Below the pieces are notes generated by a model. It was given only the letters and a program-made list of their open reading frames with translations, made no database searches and was not told the origin of the DNA. Shown piece after piece: positions 51,052 to 58,732 of a DNA stretch of 64,000 nt. How positions within the stretch are numbered: position 1 is the first letter of the stretch; every line of letters starts with the position of its first letter. The position numbers and the translations under genes are program-made. Source of the stretch: a bacterium (lineage in GTDB: Bacteria; Patescibacteriota; Gracilibacteria; UBA1369; PNNO01); contig JAGGUZ010000005.1 of the NCBI GenBank assembly GCA_021158225.1, forward strand, positions 18,882 through 82,881. Direction: 5' to 3'.

Positions 51052-52437
51052 ATGATTTCTATCTACAACACTCTCACAAGACGAAAAAACGAGTTTAAAC
51101 CGATAACTCCAAAGAAAGTTACCATGTATCTATGCGGACCAACCGTTTACGACAGTGCTCATCTGGGACATGGTAGAAGTGCCACTGCATTTGATGTCGT
51201 TAGGAGATATTTAATGTACAAAGGCTTTGATGTTAATTTTGTATCAAACTACACCGATATCGACGATAAGATGATTAATCGTGCCAATGAGAAAAAAATG
51301 ACGGTTAAAGAACTATCCGAGAAAGTTATACCTATGTACAAAAGAGATTACGGAGATTTAAACATTTTACCTGCGACAGCACATCCACGTGCAACCGCTT
51401 ACATAAAACAAATAATTGATTTAATCAAAAAATTGGAAAAAAAGGGAGCAACTTACAAGTTGGAAGATGGTATTTATTTCGATGTATCTGCTTTTCCCGA
51501 ATACGGCAAACTATCGGGACAAAAAATTGAAGATCTTAAAATGGGAGCTCGCATACAAGTAAACGAAAACAAGAAAAATCCACAAGATTTCGCATTATGG
51601 AAAAATGAAAAACCCGGGGAGCCTTCGTGGGATAGCCCTTGGGGGAAAGGTCGTCCCGGATGGCATATAGAATGTAGCGCAATGAGCACCAACCTTCTTG
51701 GAGATACTCTTGATATTCATGCGGGCGGTGCCGATTTAATTTTTCCACACCACGAATGCGAGATAGCACAAAGTGAATGTGCAACTGGAAAACAATTTGT
51801 AAACTATTGGATGCACAACGGATTTATAAACATCAATAAAGAAAAAATGTCTAAGTCTTTGGGGAATTTTATTACACTTCAAGACTTGATTAAGAAATAC
51901 TCCGGGAATGTGATTAGATTTTTATATCTTCAAACACACTACAGATCCCCGATTAATTTCTCTGAAGACTTAATTACACAATCGATAAACACACTTGAAA
52001 GAATTCATGATTTTGTTAGAAAAATAGAACAAATTGATAATACCGGAGAAACTCATAAAGAAGTAAAAACTTGCATAGAATATGCCAAGCAAAAATTTGA
52101 AGAAAATATGAATGATGATTTTGAAACACCTGGTGCACTAGCCTCTCTATTCGAATTTATAAAGACAATCAATAAATTTAATGAGGAAGTCTCGTTAACA
52201 ACCGGAGATAAGAAAGAAATTATAGACTTTCTTAAAAAGATAGATCAAGTATTTGCTGTTATTTTCACCAAGGGAAATGACCTGCCAAAAGAATTAGAAG
52301 CTATAATAAAGAAGCGCGAAAAAGCCAGAGCGAACAAGGATTGGCAGAAATCGGATCAATTGCGCAACGAACTTAAAGAAAAAGGGATATTCGTTGAAGA
52401 CACATCAAACGGAACTATTTGGAAGCGGATGAATTAA
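51052..52437 (+). CDS. cysS: Cysteine--tRNA ligase
   Basis: CGPTVY...HLGH, DFALWK, GRPGWHIECS, FPHHE.E.AQ, KMSKS. Confidence 0.98.
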   Translation: MISIYNTLTRRKNEFKPITPKKVTMYLCGPTVYDSAHLGHGRSATAFDVVRRYLMYKGFDVNFVSNYTDIDDKMINRANEKKMTVKELSEKVIPMYKRDYGDLNILPATAHPRATAYIKQIIDLIKKLEKKGATYKLEDGIYFDVSAFPEYGKLSGQKIEDLKMGARIQVNENKKNPQDFALWKNEKPGEPSWDSPWGKGRPGWHIECSAMSTNLLGDTLDIHAGGADLIFPHHECEIAQSECATGKQFVNYWMHNGFININKEKMSKSLGNFITLQDLIKKYSGNVIRFLYLQTHYRSPINFSEDLITQSINTLERIHDFVRKIEQIDNTGETHKEVKTCIEYAKQKFEENMNDDFETPGALASLFEFIKTINKFNEEVSLTTGDKKEIIDFLKKIDQVFAVIFTKGNDLPKELEAIIKKREKARANKDWQKSDQLRNELKEKGIFVEDTSNGTIWKRMN

Positions 52438-53769
52438 ATAATCTCCAAGCTCCCATATATCCCCTGCTCCCATTATAATTGCGATATCAATATTATCCGG
52501 ATTCTCTTTTAAATAATCTTTTATTTTATCATATGTTTCCAAATGATATGTCTTTACGCCATTTTTATTTATAGCGTCGATTAAATCGTTTTCCGAAACG
52601 GAATGTATATCCTCTTTTGTATCGCGAACTTTATAAATATTCGGAATAATTACTACATCGGCATTTTTAAACGAATCTGCAAATTCGGGCAAAAATTTCT
52701 TCGTTCTGTTGTATTGATGCGGTTGAAAAATACAGCAAAGTTTTTTATTCGGATATTTTTCTTTTGTAGCTTTTATTGTGCTGAATATAGCAGTCGGATG
52801 ATGAGCATAATCACTTATTAACATAATACCGTTAAAGTCTCCTATTAACTCAAATCTTCTCCAAGCACCTGTAAACTTATTAAGAGTTTGAATGATTAAA
52901 TCTCTTTTAATATATAAAAGTTGACCAAGAGCAAGTGCCGCAAGAGCGTTTATCATATTAAATGTTCCCGGAATAAGCAGATTAAATTCTCCTACAAATT
53001 CACCTGCTTTTTCTATTTTATTTCCTTGAAGCGTCCAATCGGCATTATTACCGTCAGCGCTAAATGTTATTAAATTACCACTATAATCATTTAAAACATC
53101 TTTTACATTCTCATCTCCTGTGTTGGCTATTAAATAACCATCCTCCGGCAACTTTGCTATAAATTGTTTAAACGCACTTTTATAATCATCTAAATCCTTG
53201 TAATAATCGAGATGCTCAGCTTCAATATTCGTTAAAATTATTATATTCGGATTATAATTTAGGAAATTACGCTTATATTCACATGCTTCCACTAAGAAAT
53301 AATCACTTCGCCCAAGTCTGTAATTGTTATCGTTAAACTCCTTAAGACTTGCTCCAACCACAACCATGGGATCTTTATCTCCAGCTATTAAAGAAAGTGC
53401 AGACATAGATGTAACCGTGGTTTTCCCATGAGTCCCGCATACGGCAATAGTAAACATTTTATTTGTAAAATCCCCTATCGCCTGTGCAAAGTTAACGGTT
53501 GAAATCCCCATTTCCCTTGCCTTTACAAGTTCAGGATTAGACGCAGGAACAGCCGAAGAATAAATCACTTTTGTAATCGAGTTCGTTATATTCAACTCGT
53601 TATGCCCAATATATATTTTAATACCCTTTTTCTGCATTCTTTCGGTGAGATGGGAGGCATACATGTCCGACCCGGAAACTGTGTATCCTTGTTCATTAAA
53701 AATTTGCGCAAGACCGCTTAAGCCTATTCCTCCAATACCTATAAAATGAATCCGTTCGCCTTTGTTCAT
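52405..53769 (-). CDS. murC: UDP-N-acetylmuramate--L-alanine ligase
   Basis: HFIGIGGIGLS, GTHGKTT, EACE, RRFE, DYAHHP, FQPH, MGAGD. Confidence 0.96.
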   Translation of the reverse strand: MNKGERIHFIGIGGIGLSGLAQIFNEQGYTVSGSDMYASHLTERMQKKGIKIYIGHNELNITNSITKVIYSSAVPASNPELVKAREMGISTVNFAQAIGDFTNKMFTIAVCGTHGKTTVTSMSALSLIAGDKDPMVVVGASLKEFNDNNYRLGRSDYFLVEACEYKRNFLNYNPNIIILTNIEAEHLDYYKDLDDYKSAFKQFIAKLPEDGYLIANTGDENVKDVLNDYSGNLITFSADGNNADWTLQGNKIEKAGEFVGEFNLLIPGTFNMINALAALALGQLLYIKRDLIIQTLNKFTGAWRRFELIGDFNGIMLISDYAHHPTAIFSTIKATKEKYPNKKLCCIFQPHQYNRTKKFLPEFADSFKNADVVIIPNIYKVRDTKEDIHSVSENDLIDAINKNGVKTYHLETYDKIKDYLKENPDNIDIAIIMGAGDIWELGDYLIHPLPNSSV

Positions 53770-53829
53770 GATTGCAGCTTTAAAGAGTCTGTGCTAATAT
53801 TTTTTAGCTTTCCTAACTAGATTAATACC

Positions 53830-54240
53830 ATGGAGGGTAAAAACGATCAACCATCAAATCTTACAAATTTTATTATTATAGGACTTATTATTTTAAGCAC
53901 ATATTTGTTATACTCACTAACTTTAGCATTTTACAAAAGTCATCAAATCGATATTTATATAGAAGATTTCGAAAAAGAAAATGAGCGTATAAGCCAAGAA
54001 AATAAAAAGTTAGCCGGTGAGTTTGATTATGTAACTTCGGATGCATACATCGATAAAATTCTTAAACAAGACAAAGGACTTATTAATCCCGGAGAAGATA
54101 TGATCGTAATATCTTCAGACCCTCTTTTGGGCGAAAAAACCAACACCGACAACGAAACATCTTCAAAAAGAGATTTAAATAATTTATCTAATATCGATAA
54201 GTGGAAAATATTTATTTTTGAGGATAACGCTTTGAAGTAA
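53830..54240 (+). CDS. Septum formation initiator (FtsB/DivIC family)
   Basis: TM, coiled coil, YID...K....L.NPGE. Confidence 0.78.
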   Translation: MEGKNDQPSNLTNFIIIGLIILSTYLLYSLTLAFYKSHQIDIYIEDFEKENERISQENKKLAGEFDYVTSDAYIDKILKQDKGLINPGEDMIVISSDPLLGEKTNTDNETSSKRDLNNLSNIDKWKIFIFEDNALK

Positions 54241-54244
54241 AATC

Positions 54245-54272
54245 TTGACATCAAAGTTTTGTCTAGTATTAT
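54245..54272 (+). promoter_or_regulatory. Promoter of tRNA-fMet
   Basis: TTGACA-16-TATTAT, 11 nt upstream of the tRNA. Confidence 0.6.
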
Positions 54273-54283
54273 ACAAATACTTA

Positions 54284-54358
54284 CGCGGGGTAGAGCAGTG
54301 GCAGCTCGTCGGGCTCATAACCCGGAGGTCGCAGGTTCGAATCCTGCCCCCGCAACCA
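54284..54358 (+). tRNA. Initiator tRNA-fMet (CAT)
   Basis: CGCGGGG start with C1:A72 mismatch, GGG/CCC anticodon stem, CTCATAA loop, CCA. Confidence 0.96.
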
Positions 54359-54369
54359 AAAATGTCGCA

Positions 54370-55011
54370 TTAATTTAAAAAGCGCATTTTTTTTATTGAT
54401 AAAATCTTTAATATCCCAACAACAATCTCAATCAACATAACAATGTTAGCTATTAAAATAGTAACAGATGTTATTTGTTGAGAGAAGAAAATATCAATTG
54501 TTATGGCAACATAGAAATAAAACCTAGGTCTAATTACGAATTTATAACTACTATGATTCTTTAATAAATATAAAATTATCGACATTAACACTGAATACAT
54601 AAAGACAAAAAGCGATATATCTATTAAATCAACCATCATAAACAAATAAGCAAAAATACTCGCCGATATAACACCAGCGTGATCGCAAAAAACATCTATA
54701 AAAGCTCCTTTACTCGAATTCGAGTGTTGATACCTCGCCAAAGTTCCATCTGCGCAATCAAGAAGCAGGTGTATCCAAATACCTACTGCAAAATACACTA
54801 CATCTTTTGTAAGATAAGAAAGAGCAAGACCAACGACAGCTACTACAGCTGAAAAGATGCTAACCATGTTTGCACTAATTCCAACTTTATCTAGAAATTT
54901 CACAACCGGATTTAGAAAAAATATTTTAATTTTATTTGCTTTTCTGATAAATCCCATTTCAAAAGTCGAATAGATTGTATCCTCCTGATTTGTTTTAGCG
55001 TATTTATGCAT
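54370..55011 (-). CDS. CDP-alcohol phosphatidyltransferase family protein
   Basis: AN.VS, D..DG.LAR.......GA.ID...D signature. Confidence 0.9.
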   Translation of the reverse strand: MHKYAKTNQEDTIYSTFEMGFIRKANKIKIFFLNPVVKFLDKVGISANMVSIFSAVVAVVGLALSYLTKDVVYFAVGIWIHLLLDCADGTLARYQHSNSSKGAFIDVFCDHAGVISASIFAYLFMMVDLIDISLFVFMYSVLMSIILYLLKNHSSYKFVIRPRFYFYVAITIDIFFSQQITSVTILIANIVMLIEIVVGILKILSIKKMRFLN

Positions 55012-55246
55012 TTATTCTAAAATATGATCTCAACTGAATATTATTATATTTTTCACAAAAATACAAAAAGCACCTATCTCTACAATGAGTGGTACTTTTT
55101 GTGAAGCCTCTCTCTTCTCTTTCGAGATTCTCTAAAACCACGGTAAATTTAACAAATGATTCAGCTTATGTAAAGTTCTTCCTTTTCACTTTACAATATT
55201 TAAGCCTGTGTTAATATGTAGTTCACATAATGTAAACCTACATGAT

Positions 55247-55996
55247 ATGAATAGCAATTTCAATAAGATAATTTCGGGGAGAATTAAAAATGCCCTAAGA
55301 CAAGCCGGTATTTCGCAATCAGAGCTTGCCCAAATGATTGAAAAATCCAGAGCTTATGTATCCAATATAACAAAAGGACGATATGTTCCTAAAATTTCCG
55401 AACTCGTAAAGATAGCTGAATATTCAAAAAAACCAATCGGATATTTTTTAGGGGAAGATAAACCCGGGTTAATGCACTATGTTGATAAAGCAAAAAAATG
55501 GGATAAACTTGTCACTTTAATAGAACCAGATATAAGAAAAGATCTTTCCGATGATATTTTGGCAATTCCAATGCTTGAACATTCCAATCTTAGAAATAAA
55601 ACTGTTCAAGAAATACTTAATCAAAGAAAAAGTCTTAAAAATTTTGTTTATTTATCTAAACGAAATTTAAGAAAATATTATAAATACACAAAAACAGTCG
55701 ACAATTTACTTGGTCTTAGAATCTTTATACGTGATTACCCTGAGTTTGGGATATATCTTGGAGATATCACAATCTACGAACCTGTTTTAAATAATAATAT
55801 AGGTGACGACAGCGGTAAATTATTCGGAATAATTTATAAAGGAGATCTTTGCATAAAAAGAGTATATAAAGACGGTAAAAAATATTATTTTGAACCTTTG
55901 CACAGCACTCCACAATTAAGAAAAATGACAGAAAGCAACAAAGATCTTGTTATAGCCGGCAAGATAATAATGTCTATTAGTAAAAAATTGTTTTAG
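55247..55996 (+). CDS. XRE HTH regulator with degenerate S24/LexA-like C-terminal domain
   Basis: RIK..L....ISQSELA......YVS.I..G...P; C-terminal GD..I, CIKRV, I.GK; no GDSM serine motif. Confidence 0.78.
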   Translation: MNSNFNKIISGRIKNALRQAGISQSELAQMIEKSRAYVSNITKGRYVPKISELVKIAEYSKKPIGYFLGEDKPGLMHYVDKAKKWDKLVTLIEPDIRKDLSDDILAIPMLEHSNLRNKTVQEILNQRKSLKNFVYLSKRNLRKYYKYTKTVDNLLGLRIFIRDYPEFGIYLGDITIYEPVLNNNIGDDSGKLFGIIYKGDLCIKRVYKDGKKYYFEPLHSTPQLRKMTESNKDLVIAGKIIMSISKKLF

Positions 55997-56073
55997 CATT
56001 CAAGTGAGCTTGATAAATTTCCAATAGTTGGTGTAGGCTCACTTCGTTAATTGCATATACGCTTTGAAAATAC

Positions 56074-56220
56074 TTGACGACGGTTTTTTCTGAGAATTTT
56101 GAAGGAAATACTTGGAAAACAACGGGCGACTGCAAAACAATTGCCTGTAAAACAGACCACGACATCAAATATGTCATGAACAGCGCGAATACCCTCGGAG
56201 CTGTCCATGCGCAATTATAA
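56074..56220 (+). CDS. Possible 48-aa small protein or 3' gene remnant
   Basis: TTG-start ORF MTTVFSENFEGNTWKTTGDCKTIACKTDHDIKYVMNSANTLGAVHAQL, stop followed directly by a strong hairpin. Confidence 0.35.
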   Translation: MTTVFSENFEGNTWKTTGDCKTIACKTDHDIKYVMNSANTLGAVHAQL

Positions 56221-56262
56221 GGGGCGATGTAGGCTCTCAAAGCCCACATCGCCCTCTTTCTT
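56221..56262. terminator. GC-rich hairpin, probable intrinsic terminator
   Basis: GGGCGATGT.GGCT-CTCAA-AGCC.ACATCGCCC followed by TCTTTCTT. Confidence 0.65.
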
Positions 56263-56314
56263 AAATCCACTTGCAGGATAGAGCTCAACCCAGTAATATA
56301 TTTTTGCCCTGTAT

Positions 56315-56391
56315 GGCAGGGTAGCTCAGTCGGTTAGAGCGCGGGACTCATAAGCCCGAGGTCGTGGGTTCGATCCCCACCCCTGCCACCA
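56315..56391 (+). tRNA. tRNA-Met (CAT), probably elongator; Ile2 not excluded
   Basis: GGCAGGG/CCCTGCC acceptor stem, CTCATAA loop, GGTTCGATCCC, CCA; A31:G39 mismatch. Confidence 0.93.
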
Positions 56392-56428
56392 AAAGTGGTA
56401 CATATAAACCACATATCTTTTAATCTTC

Positions 56429-56941
56429 ATGCCAAATATTATGGGATTTTTAGAACTTGTCTTTTATTCAATTGTTTTTTTTCTTCCGGCTTACGTTGCA
56501 AACGCAATGCCGGTAATCATAAGCGGACTAAAAATTTTCCCTTCTTTAGCAAAGCCAATTAATAAAAAGCTTTTTGGCAAAAATAAAACATATAGAGGCT
56601 TTATAACCGGAATTACAGGAGCAATGCTAATTTCTCCAATACAAAACTTACTTGGCTTCTCTTATGATAATTTGATTTTACTTGCTTTTTTACTTGGACT
56701 TGGAGCCTTACTTGGAGATTTAATAAAAAGCTTTATAAAAAGAAAAATCGGCAAAAAAAGCGGGCGGTCATGGCCAGTATTTGATCAAATTGATTATGTA
56801 ATAGGAGCTTTACTGTTTTCATCAATAATTTTTCCTCAAAGCCTTTCTGTAATTATTGTTTTGATAGTAATTTCTCCGCTATTTTCTATCCTCGCAAATA
56901 TTATCGCTTACAATCTGAAAATTAAAAAAGTTTGGTGGTGA
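56429..56941 (+). CDS. CDP-archaeol synthase (CarS/DUF46) family cytidylyltransferase
   Basis: PAYVANAMPV, GKNKTYRG, GALLGDL.KSFIKR..G...G...P.FDQ.D, L.IK.V.W. Confidence 0.87.
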   Translation: MPNIMGFLELVFYSIVFFLPAYVANAMPVIISGLKIFPSLAKPINKKLFGKNKTYRGFITGITGAMLISPIQNLLGFSYDNLILLAFLLGLGALLGDLIKSFIKRKIGKKSGRSWPVFDQIDYVIGALLFSSIIFPQSLSVIIVLIVISPLFSILANIIAYNLKIKKVWW

Positions 56942-57541
56942 TTATTTTTTAAGTTCTGTTTCAATTATTTTCTTTAAATTTTCATATGGCTGAACTCCAA
57001 GTAGTTTCACATCATTAATAAAGATTGTTGGAGTTGCTGTAACACCTTTTTCTTTTCCTTTCTTTCTGTTGCGAAGAATTAAATTTTTATATTTATCGCT
57101 ATCCATACACGCATCAAAAGTTTTAACATTCAAACCATAACCTTCCACCAATTTACTAAAATATTCTCTGGAAATTTTATCTTGATTTGAAAACAAATCC
57201 ACATGCATCTTCCAAAACGCATTCTCATCTTGATCACCGGCACAATATGTCGCTTCACTGGCTTTCTGAGCAAATTGATGATTTGAAATAGGAAAATCTT
57301 TAAACACCAATTGAACCTTCCCGGTTTCTATATAATCATTTTGCAATAAAGGTAAAGTTTGCAGTGTAAACATTGCAGAAAAAGGACATTGGTAATCGCT
57401 ATACTCCGTTATTACCACTTTTGCGTTGGCATTACCCTTCGAGTAAGTAACATCTGTATCTGGAGAAACATTGACATTTGCATCTGAACACCCAACCAAT
57501 ACAAAAAATATCACCGCAAATAGTGGAAATAATCTTTTCAT
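56942..57541 (-). CDS. DsbA-family thioredoxin-fold lipoprotein (CxxS variant)
   Basis: LVGC lipobox, G..NAKV.I.EYSDYQCPFS, KDFP, GV.ATPT.FIN, G.QP. Confidence 0.88.
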   Translation of the reverse strand: MKRLFPLFAVIFFVLVGCSDANVNVSPDTDVTYSKGNANAKVVITEYSDYQCPFSAMFTLQTLPLLQNDYIETGKVQLVFKDFPISNHQFAQKASEATYCAGDQDENAFWKMHVDLFSNQDKISREYFSKLVEGYGLNVKTFDACMDSDKYKNLILRNRKKGKEKGVTATPTIFINDVKLLGVQPYENLKKIIETELKK

Positions 57542-57583
57542 ATTAAGAATGTTAATATTAACATTTTGTATTATGCTCTAAAA

Positions 57584-58732
57584 TCACTCTCTTATCAATG
57601 TTGATATTGATTGCTTGATATTCAAATAATCACCTGCTTTCGGAAGCAGTATATATTGACCTCTGGAATTTTTAGTAGAATAAAGAAAATTACTCGTACT
57701 AATAACATTCCCGCTTTCTATAGCGTAGTTTTGATAGTTCTTCAAATAAGAAAGGGCTTCAAAAACATCTATATTCGTCTTAACATCTCTTGCTATTGTT
57801 TTATATATTTCAATCGCTTTATCTATGGAAGAAAGCAAATCGAGCATTTTAACTTTAACTCGCACCGCCTGAATAACTTGATGCTGACGTTTACTCCTGT
57901 CAAAATCATTCGTGGTTTTTCTACTTCGCACATACATTAACGCATCATTCCCATTCATATGATGAGATCCTTTTTTAATTGAATATTCTTTATATCCGTT
58001 CTCAGCAGTCGGAAAATACGGATCAACAATATTTTTATAAACATAGAGATCTATCCCACCAAGAATATCAATAACCTTTTTAAAAGATTCCAAACTAATA
58101 ATTATATATTTATCAATTCGAACTCCGGATATTCTTGTAATATCTTGCTTGAATTTTCTTATTCCATAAGCGCTATATATTTCATTTATTTTTCTTCCAT
58201 TAACATAAAGATCTCTTGGAATGCTCACAAGCGTAATCGTTTTTTTTGAAGGATTCACAACTGCAAGAACAATCGTATCCGTAAGATTTTGATTTGTACC
58301 CAAGATCAAAATTGTAAATATGTCCTCTGGATAATTTTGTAAACCAATCTCTTTTGCTAATCTGTCATTTTTTATGACAGCAGCTTTTAAATCATCTTTT
58401 GCCTTAGCAAAACGATCTGATAAAACAGCTATTTCTTTCTCACCTTTGCTTGAGAACTCTTCAAACGAATTATGAAGAATTTTAAAACTTTCCGTTACAG
58501 CATTCCTGTTTAAAAGTAAATTTTGATATAGATATTGATTTTCTTGTTTAATTTGTCCGATCTCATCTATCATTGAGTTTATTTGCATATCCTTCATTAA
58601 AATATCGCGATTAATACCTTTCATTCCAAGTGCAAATCCAATAGTCCCGATTACAACAGAAACAATAATCCCAAATAGAAGAATTCTATTATTCCTTATT
58701 TTTTCATCATGTTTTTCCGATAGATTATTCAT
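57584..58732 (-). CDS. LCP (LytR-CpsA-Psr) family protein with coiled-coil stalk
   Basis: ILILG, TDTI, SIPRDL, KIN, AL.YVRSR...DF.R..RQ. Confidence 0.92.
   Translation of the reverse strand: MNNLSEKHDEKIRNNRILLFGIIVSVVIGTIGFALGMKGINRDILMKDMQINSMIDEIGQIKQENQYLYQNLLLNRNAVTESFKILHNSFEEFSSKGEKEIAVLSDRFAKAKDDLKAAVIKNDRLAKEIGLQNYPEDIFTILILGTNQNLTDTIVLAVVNPSKKTITLVSIPRDLYVNGRKINEIYSAYGIRKFKQDITRISGVRIDKYIIISLESFKKVIDILGGIDLYVYKNIVDPYFPTAENGYKEYSIKKGSHHMNGNDALMYVRSRKTTNDFDRSKRQHQVIQAVRVKVKMLDLLSSIDKAIEIYKTIARDVKTNIDVFEALSYLKNYQNYAIESGNVISTSNFLYSTKNSRGQYILLPKAGDYLNIKQSISTLIRE

Noticed and set aside
55977..56288. 103-aa minus-strand ORF, or tmRNA in this gap
   Set aside because: The ORF runs through a strong hairpin, overlaps the XRE gene end and has no motif; no tRNA-like GGGG..GAC or TTCGA..CCA ends for tmRNA.
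54284..56391. Integrated island between the two tRNA-Met genes
   Set aside because: Both tRNAs are complete and different in sequence; no att-like duplicated 3' end and no integrase.
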